Positions 51,369-59,136 of a stretch of DNA of 59,383 bases are shown in pieces (within the stretch, counting starts at the first letter, position 1; every line of letters starts with the position of its first letter). Under the pieces are notes generated by a model that saw only the letters and a list, made by a program, of their open reading frames with translations, had not been told where the DNA came from and made no database searches. The DNA comes from a virus: positions 1 to 59,383 of the IMG/VR virus record IMGVR_UViG_3300024232_000001; one strand, given 5' to 3'. A program made the position numbers and the translations under genes.

Positions 51369-51713
51369 ATGTGTGTGATGTCCGTGATCGGCGACCATTA
51401 TGGACGCAAATGGGACCGAGATTTTGATGTCTATAAGCGGCGCCCATTCGTGCTGACGCCAATCCCCATGCCGGCGCCATTCCCAGCGATTACTCGCGAG
51501 GAGTTTGACGCCTTGAGGCAAGAGGTTTTGGAGATGAAGCGCCTTCTTCAGAACGCGAAGGAGATCGATGAAACGACGGGTCAGGCCCCGTGCGATGACG
51601 CTGAGAAGATGGCGCTGCTGCGGAAGATCGCTGAGGCTGTCGGCATCAGTATGTATGGACGATGTGCTCGGTCAGAAGACCCTATAAATACCGTTAAAGG
51701 AGATCGCCCGTGA
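51369..51713 (+). CDS. hypothetical protein (114 aa)
   Basis: ORF track; TTAAAGGAGG upstream. Confidence 0.6.
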   Translation: MCVMSVIGDHYGRKWDRDFDVYKRRPFVLTPIPMPAPFPAITREEFDALRQEVLEMKRLLQNAKEIDETTGQAPCDDAEKMALLRKIAEAVGISMYGRCARSEDPINTVKGDRP

Positions 51714-52081
51714 TCAAGTGTTTCTTTGTTGAGGCTGACAGCAAAGGAAATTTCCTTCGGAACATGGACGGTTGGAAGCCTATCAGCGAGTTGCCGCCCG
51801 GCGGTATGTATTTCGCCGACTGGTATGCCCGCAAAGGCCCAGATGGGCACCATCTGATCGTCAAAACGCCGGGCGGCCTGTGGCACGTTGACGGGCGCGC
51901 CGCGAATTGCACGCGCCCCGAGGATGACACGCATCGTTGCTGGGTACGCCACGGCGTTCCGCCCGATGTGACGGTTGACAAAAACGGCGACACCTGCGGC
52001 TGCGGCTGCTCCATTAGGCAGGGGCCGGGATATTCGGCCTTTCACGGTTTCCTACGCAATGGAGTGCTGGAGCCGTGTTGA
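51710..52081 (+). CDS. hypothetical Cys/His-rich protein (123 aa)
   Basis: GTGA coupling; HRCWVRHG...CGCGCSI...FHGFLRNG. Confidence 0.6.
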   Translation: MIKCFFVEADSKGNFLRNMDGWKPISELPPGGMYFADWYARKGPDGHHLIVKTPGGLWHVDGRAANCTRPEDDTHRCWVRHGVPPDVTVDKNGDTCGCGCSIRQGPGYSAFHGFLRNGVLEPC

Positions 52082-52114
52082 TCGCTGTTAATTGTTTTAG
52101 AGGAGATCGAAACG

Positions 52115-52414
52115 ATGGCAGATACGACCGCATGGTTAGTCGAGCGGGCGGACCCCGATCATCCCGGGTGCGTTTTACCCAACCATTTTCTAGGCTATCG
52201 AGGAAACTACCCCGCCGGACCTAATCCCGCAGGGTACTTCGTGTGGGTAGAGCAAGCCGGCTATGCGCTGCGGTTCTCGCGCAAAGAGGACGCGGAAAAG
52301 TTCATCATCGCGTTCGAGAATATGAACGAACAGCGCGTGCATTCACTAACCCTACCGGGTCTAAGAACGGGAGAACGGCGCGCCATTGCTGTAGAGCATC
52401 GGTGGAGCTATTAG
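52115..52414 (+). CDS. hypothetical protein (99 aa)
   Basis: ORF track; TTAGAGGAGA upstream. Confidence 0.6.
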   Translation: MADTTAWLVERADPDHPGCVLPNHFLGYRGNYPAGPNPAGYFVWVEQAGYALRFSRKEDAEKFIIAFENMNEQRVHSLTLPGLRTGERRAIAVEHRWSY

Positions 52415-52445
52415 CTATTAATTGTTTTTAGAGGAGAACAGAGAA

Positions 52446-52706
52446 GTGGGAACGAAGAACAATCCGGGCAAGTTTGATTGCTACGCCAATGCTGGCGATG
52501 ATGAGCCTATGTTCATCCTTCTGGGCCGCGATCCACATGGGCATGCCGCTGTGCGCAAGTGGGCGGATGACCGCGAAGCCATGATCTACGCCGGGATGAA
52601 ACCAGAGACAGATATTCACATGGTTAAAGAGGCCCGCGATTGCGCCGCTGCGATGGAGCAGTACGCAATCGCGTGGCAGGCAAAGAAGCGGGGCGACACC
52701 CCTTAA
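52446..52706 (+). CDS. hypothetical protein (86 aa)
   Basis: GTG 8 nt after TTAGAGGAGA. Confidence 0.6.
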   Translation: MGTKNNPGKFDCYANAGDDEPMFILLGRDPHGHAAVRKWADDREAMIYAGMKPETDIHMVKEARDCAAAMEQYAIAWQAKKRGDTP

Positions 52707-52727
52707 TGTTGTTAGAGGAGAATGCCG

Positions 52728-52907
52728 TTGAGCAATCGGAAGACGGAATGGAACCCGGCACTCCAGCAGCAGCGCTACAAGGATGCGCTGGCTGAGTGGT
52801 GCCGAGAACTTCTTCGGATGCACGATCGTGGAGGCCCAACCGGCGAAGCGCCGTGGGAGATTCTGCGTGAACGCCTAGAAATCTATGATCGCTACCGAAG
52901 CCGTTAA
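52728..52907 (+). CDS. hypothetical protein (59 aa)
   Basis: TTG 6 nt after TTAGAGGAGA (ATG 52722 abuts the SD). Confidence 0.5.
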   Translation: MSNRKTEWNPALQQQRYKDALAEWCRELLRMHDRGGPTGEAPWEILRERLEIYDRYRSR

Positions 52908-52930
52908 TATGTATTAGGAGAGGTCCGGCT

Positions 52931-53473
52931 GTGCCGCAGTTCCGTCATCCGATCCTGAGAGATCGCCCCGCTGCGCTTGTGCGGGATGAGCACGGGGAGT
53001 TCTGGCGCTTTCACATGGGCGACGGAAACTTTCTGCTGCTCGATGTCCTTGATCGGCCGGCGGTCCAGGACCACCGTTGGATGGTGCTCAAAGCACATAG
53101 CGGTCTCCGGTACATCGGACGTAGCGGGAACATCCTGCTACATCGCGTACTCTTGGAGGCTCCGAAGGGCATCACCGTCGACCATATCGATGGAAGCGGC
53201 CTGAACAACCGCCGGCACAATCTCTGCCTCGCTACTTATGCGGAGAATTGTTCACGGCGCCCAGCCCGCAGCGGAAACGGCAAAAGCGGGTTGCGGGGTG
53301 TCCATCTGACTCCTGAGGGGCGATGGACTGCCATCATCTGCATAAAATACAAGCTGCAATATCTCGGTTCGTTTGACGATCCCGAGGAAGCTGCGCGAGT
53401 GTGGGATGCAGCGGCGGTTGCCGCGCGAGGCAAATTCACCTACCTGAATTTCCCGAACGAACACCGCCCTTAA
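52931..53473 (+). CDS. HNH endonuclease with AP2 DNA-binding domain (homing-endonuclease-like)
   Basis: ITVDHIDGSGLNNRRHNL (HNH_3-like) and GLRGVHLTPEGRWTAII...YLGSFDDPEEAARVWDAAA (AP2-like). Confidence 0.8.
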   Translation: MPQFRHPILRDRPAALVRDEHGEFWRFHMGDGNFLLLDVLDRPAVQDHRWMVLKAHSGLRYIGRSGNILLHRVLLEAPKGITVDHIDGSGLNNRRHNLCLATYAENCSRRPARSGNGKSGLRGVHLTPEGRWTAIICIKYKLQYLGSFDDPEEAARVWDAAAVAARGKFTYLNFPNEHRP

Positions 53474-53497
53474 CAGCACTTAAAGGAGAACAATACA

Positions 53498-53752
53498 ATG
53501 ACTGAGCGTACTGAACACGTTTTTGATGGACAACCTGACGAGCGGCAGGCGGGTGACATTCAGCCATCTAGATTCCGTCCGCGCTACCGGGCACTGACCG
53601 GCGAAGAGAAAGCGCTGCATGATGCGATCAAAGGCAAAGCCGATGAACTGTTGGCGCTTTTCGAGGAAGTGAAGCCAGGGCGGTATCGAAGCCTCGGCGT
53701 CACTGCCCTAGAGGAAGCGGTCATGTGGACAGTTAAGGAATTGACCGCATGA
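53498..53752 (+). CDS. small protein resembling the N4 gp49 / Sf6 gp66 (Acb2/Tad1-hairpin) family
   Basis: YRALTGEEKALHDAIKGKADELLALFEE...RYRSLGVTALEEAVMWTVKELTA fits the family pattern as I remember it. Confidence 0.45.
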   Translation: MTERTEHVFDGQPDERQAGDIQPSRFRPRYRALTGEEKALHDAIKGKADELLALFEEVKPGRYRSLGVTALEEAVMWTVKELTA

Positions 53753-54141
53753 GCGACAGCAACCCTATTGTTGGGCATAAGACCTTCATTGAAGACACAG
53801 GCGGCTTTAGACATGAGCCAATCCGAAAAGATGAGGCAGACGCCTTGTGGGCAGCCTGCGAGGCTGAGCAAGAAGAACGCGTCAAACGATTGCCAGACGA
53901 ACCATCAGCGATTAAGGCGCTCTTTGAGGCGTGGCTGCGGCTGAAGGAATTGGGCTGGTGCGAAGCGATTTACTGCCCGAAAGACGGTACACCGTTTCAG
54001 ATAATCGAGGCTGGTTCGACAGGTATTTTCGACGCCTATTTTCAGGGCGAATGGCCGGATGGTTACATCATTTCGTCTGACAAACACGACAGCTATGTGA
54101 GCCGCCCCGGCGGGCCAATCCTCTTCCGAAAATCCCCTTAA
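53749..54141 (+). CDS. hypothetical protein (130 aa)
   Basis: ORF track; ATGA coupling. Confidence 0.6.
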   Translation: MSDSNPIVGHKTFIEDTGGFRHEPIRKDEADALWAACEAEQEERVKRLPDEPSAIKALFEAWLRLKELGWCEAIYCPKDGTPFQIIEAGSTGIFDAYFQGEWPDGYIISSDKHDSYVSRPGGPILFRKSP

Positions 54142-54162
54142 GCCTTTTTAACGGAGAACTAG

Positions 54163-54393
54163 ATGGCTTCCATGTCATGCGAAATTGGCTGCATGTATTA
54201 CGGTCTGATCCGCGATCTCGTCGGAGAGATGAAGTTTGAGGGACAGAACATCGAGCATTGGGAAGGGCGCGGCTGGATATCACGGCGGTTCGTCTTTCGC
54301 GGCGATCCCGCTCCAATCCAGCGGCTCGCGAGAACGCTAGAGCAAATCGACAAACACAATCGCGCACTTGATGCCGCTCAAAAGACCTCTTAA
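54163..54393 (+). CDS. hypothetical protein (76 aa)
   Basis: ORF track; TTAACGGAGA upstream. Confidence 0.55.
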   Translation: MASMSCEIGCMYYGLIRDLVGEMKFEGQNIEHWEGRGWISRRFVFRGDPAPIQRLARTLEQIDKHNRALDAAQKTS

Positions 54394-54416
54394 GTTTGCT
54401 TAAAAGGAGAATGAAA

Positions 54417-55227
54417 TTGAAGCCGCTTTGCATCTACCACGGAAATTGTCAAGACGGATTTGGCTCGGCGTGGGCTGTTAGGCATGCGCTCGGGGATGGC
54501 GTCGAGCGGCCTGTCCTTGAGGAAATGGCGGCGACGGCACGTTCTATCGTGATCCTTGATCACCACAAGAGCGCAGAGGCTGATCTTGCCGGATTCAAGA
54601 TCGAGCTATGCGGCTCCGCAAAGTTCTGCTGGTCTGACGTTCCTGGCATGCTGGAGGATTATCGGGAACTGCGGATGACGCCGATTATCGACATGGAGCG
54701 TTCTGGGGCAGGCATGTCGTGGGATTGTTTCAATCCAAACAAGCCTCGCCCTGCACTGATCAACCATATCGAGGATCGCGATCTCTGGCGCTTTGCCCTC
54801 AAGGGGACGCGCGAGATCGCCGCCGCGCTGTTCTCTCACCCGTATGACTTCAATCTGTGGAATAGGTTCATGTTTGAGAACGGTCGCCTTGATGAACTGG
54901 TGATCGAGGGCCGAGAGCGATCGAACGCAAACACCACCAGGACATCGCCAATCTATAGGTGGCGAAGTGATGCCGGTCGCCTGCCTGCCGTTCACTATGA
55001 CGAGCGACGCCGGGCACAAGATGGCCGTCGATTGCGGTACGGGCGTCGCTGCCTGCTATTGGGATACGCCAGAGGGGCGCGTCTTCTCGCTACGATCAAC
55101 CGATGATGGTCCCGACGTATCGGAAATCGCCAAACTATACGGCGGCGGAGGTCACGCGCACGCTGCCGGATTTCGCGTTCCGCACGGCTGGGAAGGCGAT
55201 TCAAATCCCCCCTTTAAAGGACATTAA
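54417..55227 (+). pseudogene. DHH/DHHA1 phosphoesterase (NrnA/RecJ-like), disrupted by two frameshifts near 54915 and 54955 and apparently missing an N-terminal segment
   Basis: IYHGNCQDGFGSAW and ILDHHKS in frame A; AIERKHHQDIANL in frame A+2 (54917-54955); ...LYGGGGHAHAAGF (DHHA1) in frame A+1 (54967..55227). Confidence 0.65.
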
Positions 55228-55230
55228 GGG

Positions 55231-55260
55231 TTGACAGTCTAGTGCCGTTCTAGATAGAAT
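55231..55260 (+). promoter_or_regulatory. Strong sigma70-type promoter TTGACA - 18 nt - TAGAAT with internal TCTAG...TCTAGA repeat
   Basis: Read directly; predicted start near 55267. Confidence 0.55.
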
Positions 55261-55266
55261 TCATAT

Positions 55267-55344
55267 GCCTTCAACTCGGGGAGAGCCAGCGAGCGGAAGC
55301 CCTAACAGTCTGGAGGCGGGTTCGAGCCCCGTCGCGAGGCACCA
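55267..55344 (+). other. 78-nt tRNA-like element (canonical T-arm, ACCA 3' end, D-arm-like hairpin) - probable attP core / tRNA 3' fragment or tRNA-derived RNA
   Basis: GCGGG-TTCGAGC-CCCGT T-arm at 55316-55332; 5' GCCTT pairs with GAGGC before ACCA; the anticodon arm does not fold. Confidence 0.35.
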
Positions 55345-55362
55345 TTTTCAACAGGAGCATTC

Positions 55363-56346
55363 ATGCCGACTCCGCGTAAGGGCGAAACCCGAGAAGAGAT
55401 GAACGAGCGGCTGCGTGCTAGGAAATTGCCAAGGGCTGCTGCGCCGTCAGAGCCGACTATCGACCCGTCATCCGTTGACCTAGACCGGGGTCGCTGGGCG
55501 CCGACAACCCGCGTTGTGTACGACATCAACTGGCGCGACTTCACGGCGTTCTGCGCGGCCCGTAATGCCGTTGCGCTGCCCGCTGAGCCACAGACGGTTG
55601 CCGACTACCTGTCGGCACGCGCTGAGACGCATTCCACGTCTGCCGTGAGCCAACGCCTCGCCGCTGTCAAGGCTGTGCATGAGCTGTACGGACACACGAT
55701 CAAGATCAAGGGCACCGCTGTTGCGGACGCCTGGGCTGATATCCGCCGCCGTAAGGGTCTAGCGAAGACTCCCAAAGCCGCCTTGGCGCTCAAAGAGATC
55801 AAGCGCATCGTTCACGGCATTCCTAGCGACAAGCTGCTCCACCGCGCCGTTATGCTTGTCGGTTTCGCCAGCGCCATGCGCCGTAGCGAACTGGCCGCGC
55901 TGAACCGCGAGGATGTGGAACTCAGCCCCGAGGGAATGTCGATCACGATCCGTCGCAGCAAGACCGACAAGTCTGGCAAGGGCGAGACGATCGCGATGGT
56001 GCGGACTGGTTCCGAGTTCTGCCCCGTCACGGCGCTGGAGCAATACCTTGAGGATGCCCAGATTACCGAGGGCGCGTTATTTCTGAACTCGCGCGGGCAC
56101 CGGATCGCCGCTCGGGACATTGCTGACCAGATCGTGAAGCGGTGGGCTAAGGCTGCGGGGTTCGACCCTCGCTCGGTTGGAGCGCACTCGCTACGGCGGG
56201 GCTGCATCACCTCCATGTTCCGCAACGGGAGCGACCTGAAGTCAATCATGCAGCATTCGCGGCACCGCACCGTCGATATTGCAATGGGGTATGTCGAGGC
56301 TCAGAGGGCCATGCAGAATCCCGCTGTTGCGAAGCTCGGGTTATGA
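55363..56346 (+). CDS. int: tyrosine recombinase / integrase
   Basis: SAMRRSEL...GAHSLRRGCITSM...HSRHRTVDIAMGYV (R..H-x-x-R..Y layout). Confidence 0.9.
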   Translation: MPTPRKGETREEMNERLRARKLPRAAAPSEPTIDPSSVDLDRGRWAPTTRVVYDINWRDFTAFCAARNAVALPAEPQTVADYLSARAETHSTSAVSQRLAAVKAVHELYGHTIKIKGTAVADAWADIRRRKGLAKTPKAALALKEIKRIVHGIPSDKLLHRAVMLVGFASAMRRSELAALNREDVELSPEGMSITIRRSKTDKSGKGETIAMVRTGSEFCPVTALEQYLEDAQITEGALFLNSRGHRIAARDIADQIVKRWAKAAGFDPRSVGAHSLRRGCITSMFRNGSDLKSIMQHSRHRTVDIAMGYVEAQRAMQNPAVAKLGL

Positions 56347-56546
56347 AAGCAACAGCTTGCACTCGACGCTTGCCATTTGGCGAGCATCGCACGATGGCTC
56401 AGGTGATCGAGACGGAGCAGCTTCAGCGGGATTTTGAATTGATGCCGGAAGCGTGGAGAAGCGCCAAGGCTACTCGGCTTCACTCGCTAATGAGCCGCGC
56501 AGTTATGCCTTGGCTGCATGAACCTGAACCTCCGAGCGTCGCATGA
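56343..56546 (+). CDS. hypothetical protein (67 aa; may start at ATG 56394)
   Basis: ATGA overlap with the int stop. Confidence 0.4.
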   Translation: MKATACTRRLPFGEHRTMAQVIETEQLQRDFELMPEAWRSAKATRLHSLMSRAVMPWLHEPEPPSVA

Positions 56547-56767
56547 AAACTCCCAGGTTTGAGTACAATGGCCGATGGTGGTTCGCCATGCGCGTGAGGG
56601 GTAAGACCGGACCTGCGCGCTTGGTTGTCGCACCCGTTGGGGGGTCCGATCGTGGCACACCCTCCCCCAGCGAGTGCAAAGAGGCTCGGAAGTTCTATGA
56701 GAAGACACACAGCATCGGCCAGTCCAAGCGCCTCCTAGCCGCAGGCAGAGCGTTCCTGGCCCCGTGA
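56543..56767 (+). CDS. hypothetical protein (74 aa)
   Basis: ORF track; ATGA coupling. Confidence 0.5.
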   Translation: MKTPRFEYNGRWWFAMRVRGKTGPARLVVAPVGGSDRGTPSPSECKEARKFYEKTHSIGQSKRLLAAGRAFLAP

Positions 56768-57114
56768 TCTCGTTCACCTGTACGCCGCCGCCATCGACCA
56801 ACCAACTGTTCGCCAATGTCCCCGGCAAGGGTCGGGTCCGCACCGCCAAGTACGATAGCTGGTCACAGACGGCAGGTTGGGAGATCAAGGCACAGATCGG
56901 CGGACAGACGCTGCCCGGCCAGTTCATCCTCTACATCTGGCTTCCGCCCGGCCCCGACCTAGACAACTGCTGCAAGGCTATAGCCGACCTCTTGGGGCCG
57001 AAGAAGCACGGTCTAGGCGTCACCGTGGATGACAAGCACATGCGGGAGCTGCACGTCTACCGCGCGCCCCACGAGGAGAAGTGCCGCGTCAGGATCGAGG
57101 ATGTTAGCCGTTAA
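56764..57114 (+). CDS. rusA: RusA-family Holliday junction resolvase
   Basis: PPPSTNQLF...RVRTAKYDSW...PDLDNCCKAIADLL pattern; GTGA coupling. Confidence 0.7.
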   Translation: MISFTCTPPPSTNQLFANVPGKGRVRTAKYDSWSQTAGWEIKAQIGGQTLPGQFILYIWLPPGPDLDNCCKAIADLLGPKKHGLGVTVDDKHMRELHVYRAPHEEKCRVRIEDVSR

Positions 57115-57130
57115 TCACGATTAAGAGCAA

Positions 57131-57367
57131 TCAGTGTTTGGTAGCACGAAACATCGCCACGTACTCCTGCGCTAGATTGCGCGATGCTGCGTCGCTCGGC
57201 ATAACCTGATGATCTATGGCCGCATTGCGCCATCCATGCCAGTACGATCGCCCGCGATTCAGCCCCGGCTCAGGATCATCCGGTCGCCATTCTCGATAGC
57301 CAGCCACGATCTCATCATCGTCCAGCGTGGCGAGATCGAGCAAGGTAGCCACAGGAACAAAGTTCAA
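57131..57367 (-). CDS. hypothetical protein (78 aa)
   Basis: TTG after TTAA-N6-TTAACGGAGA on the minus strand. Confidence 0.6.
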   Translation of the reverse strand: MNFVPVATLLDLATLDDDEIVAGYREWRPDDPEPGLNRGRSYWHGWRNAAIDHQVMPSDAASRNLAQEYVAMFRATKH

Positions 57368-57389
57368 AACGGCTCTCCGTTAAGCGCAA

Positions 57390-57605
57390 TTAACGGAGAT
57401 TGATGCCACGTTGGGCGGCGATATCGATCAAGTCCCAAACGTAGTCCGGGATGTACTCAGAAATCCATTCTTTGTAGTGAGGATCGTCGAACTCACAGGA
57501 GAGCGCCGCACGGATACCCTGCGCTTCTCGCGATGGCTGCACCTTCAGCCAAATCGGCTTGATCAACGCGGCCATGTGTTCGTCGGTCGGCGGCAGCATG
57601 CTCAA
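57390..57605 (-). CDS. hypothetical protein (71 aa)
   Basis: ATG after TTAA-N6-CTAGAGGAGA. Confidence 0.55.
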   Translation of the reverse strand: MSMLPPTDEHMAALIKPIWLKVQPSREAQGIRAALSCEFDDPHYKEWISEYIPDYVWDLIDIAAQRGINLR

Positions 57606-57611
57606 TCTCCT

Positions 57612-57797
57612 CTAGAGCGCCTTAACGGCTGTTCTGCGGTCAATCTCCCGGTCAAGCGAGATGAGGCGATCCATGAACGGATCGTTGCTGTATTGACCGG
57701 AGAACCCCGGAGGGGGCATAGGCTGAAGGTTCTGGGACTGAGCGATCATATCTTGGCGCAACGTCTTCAACTGTTCCAGCGTCATTCCTTCGTACAT
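57612..57797 (-). CDS. hypothetical protein (61 aa)
   Basis: ATG after TTAA-N6-TTAGAGGAGA. Confidence 0.55.
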   Translation of the reverse strand: MYEGMTLEQLKTLRQDMIAQSQNLQPMPPPGFSGQYSNDPFMDRLISLDREIDRRTAVKAL

Positions 57798-57832
57798 CGG
57801 AAATCTCCTCTAAATTCTATTAAGAGTGACAC

Positions 57833-57933
57833 TTGCGCCTGTGGTCCCAAACCGAAACTAGCCGTATCGAACGGCAATGGCTCCCGGCCGGTCAGCCCGC
57901 ATTCCTCGCTCGCCCAGGGGACCACAGGCGCAA
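57833..57933. repeat. Perfect 16-bp inverted repeat (TTGCGCCTGTGGTCCC / GGGACCACAGGCGCAA) enclosing 69 nt with nested stems; candidate structured RNA or protein-binding palindrome
   Basis: Arms 57833-57848 and 57918-57933 read directly; inner GCCGT-ATCGA-ACGGC hairpin. Confidence 0.8.
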
Positions 57934-57942
57934 ATATCTCCT

Positions 57943-58164
57943 CTAACTCCCAATAGAGGCGGTATCGTCCGCCCCATTGAAGAAATCTGCCGGCACCAGC
58001 GGGATCGCTGCGAGCTTGGCAGCGTCTAGCACCGCCTGCTGGTGCTGTGCTGGTATCCTGCCGACTTCCTTCCAGGACTGTACGGTGCGCGTGGGTCGAT
58101 CCAGGATGCGGGCCAACTTAGGCACGCCTCCGAACCGTTCGATGATCCGGGCTGCTGTATTCAT
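57943..58164 (-). CDS. Cro/YdaS-like HTH transcriptional regulator (73 aa)
   Basis: FGGVPKLARILDRPTRTVQSWKEVGRIP; first gene of the leftward operon at the divergent control region. Confidence 0.65.
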   Translation of the reverse strand: MNTAARIIERFGGVPKLARILDRPTRTVQSWKEVGRIPAQHQQAVLDAAKLAAIPLVPADFFNGADDTASIGS

Positions 58165-58197
58165 AGGGCGCGACGGTAGCCGAAAGAAAAGTGCAGG

Positions 58198-58218
58198 GCA
58201 AGCGATTTTCCCGCTTGC
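58198..58218. promoter_or_regulatory. Operator-like palindrome GCAAGCG-N7-CGCTTGC in the divergent control region
   Basis: Read directly between the divergent starts at 58164 and 58240. Confidence 0.45.
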
Positions 58219-58239
58219 GCGATAAATTCGCCTGTGCCA

Positions 58240-58527
58240 ATGTCTCGCTACGAACGACGGAGCGAGCTGATGACATCGCCCTATTTAGACAGACCGCTGC
58301 GCAGCCTAGAGACGTTTGCTAACGAGCTGCGGCGTGAAGCGGAGCGCAATCACCGGCAGGCCGGCATCCTTGAGCGCGAGGCACAGCGCTACCGGCTACG
58401 GGCGGCGGATGCGGAGCGGCAGTTGGAAGCCGTCCGCGCCCAGATCGAAGCGGCAACGCCGGTAGTGGTGGAGTTTCCCAACCCAGCAGAGCCGATCGAC
58501 TATCTCCGCTTCGGAATAGAGGTGTGA
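58240..58527 (+). CDS. coiled-coil protein (95 aa), first gene of the rightward early operon
   Basis: ATG 58240 (GTG 58234 also possible); ORF track. Confidence 0.55.
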   Translation: MSRYERRSELMTSPYLDRPLRSLETFANELRREAERNHRQAGILEREAQRYRLRAADAERQLEAVRAQIEAATPVVVEFPNPAEPIDYLRFGIEV

Positions 58528-58555
58528 TGCAGGCCGCTCGGTTTGGAGACGATCG

Positions 58556-58732
58556 ATGATCCCGCGTGGCCGTGTCGCGGTCGAGTTCCGCGAGCAGGAG
58601 GTCGAGGTCGATTACGAGATAGACGGCGAGGTGATCTGGCATTTCGTCGAGCCGGCGCTCAATCAGAAGAAGCTGACGCTCAACGAGGAGGAGCGGATCA
58701 CGGACGCCTGCTGGGAGGATCAGTGGATATGA
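58556..58732 (+). CDS. hypothetical acidic protein (58 aa)
   Basis: ATG after GGAGACGATCG; hand-translated. Confidence 0.45.
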   Translation: MIPRGRVAVEFREQEVEVDYEIDGEVIWHFVEPALNQKKLTLNEEERITDACWEDQWI

Positions 58733-58839
58733 GCGAACACGACGATCTGGCCTGCGCTCGCGGCATCATCAACGGGATAGCGATCGAGATTTTCGCGGGC
58801 GTCGTGCTGGCACTGACCTTCTATCTGTTCTGGGTGTGA
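58729..58839 (+). CDS. 36-aa single-TM peptide
   Basis: ATGA coupling; GIAIEIFAGVVLALTFYLFWV. Confidence 0.35.
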   Translation: MSEHDDLACARGIINGIAIEIFAGVVLALTFYLFWV

Positions 58840-58840
58840 G

Positions 58841-58948
58841 ATGTGCACGATCGCCAGCGGAGATTGGGTTGTGATCGCGATCGTCATCGGCTTTGTGGCC
58901 GTCCGCATCACTCGCATCATAACGAACAACTGGAAGAGCATGAGCTAG
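58841..58948 (+). CDS. 35-aa single-TM peptide
   Basis: ATG 2 nt after the upstream stop; WVVIAIVIGFVAV. Confidence 0.35.
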   Translation: MCTIASGDWVVIAIVIGFVAVRITRIITNNWKSMS

Positions 58949-58971
58949 CCCCTTAAGAGGATTTAACAGAT

Positions 58972-59124
58972 ATGCAAGTCTTTTGGGTTTCGTTCTTTGC
59001 GGGGATTCTTGGTGGAACCATCGCTAACATCATCTCGACCAGAATCGGCTGTTCGTTCTGGGAGAGGGCGGTGGTAACGATAGGAACGCCCGCGGTTCTG
59101 ACAATGATCCACTACCTCCCTTAA
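58972..59124 (+). CDS. 50-aa membrane peptide
   Basis: ATG after TTAA-N6-TTAACAGAT; MQVFWVSFFAGILGGTIANII. Confidence 0.4.
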   Translation: MQVFWVSFFAGILGGTIANIISTRIGCSFWERAVVTIGTPAVLTMIHYLP

Positions 59125-59136
59125 GGAGCATTAAAG

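Noticed and set aside
55267-55344. A functional canonical tRNA (possibly an amber suppressor, with CUA in the loop CCCUAAC) or a tmRNA acceptor piece
   Set aside because: The anticodon stem has only 3 Watson-Crick/wobble pairs, position 33 would be C, and the acceptor stem has 5 pairs then mismatches. An extra nucleotide lies between the T-stem and the acceptor strand. No G3:U70 pair is present for tmRNA/alanine identity. I kept it only as a tRNA-like / attP element.
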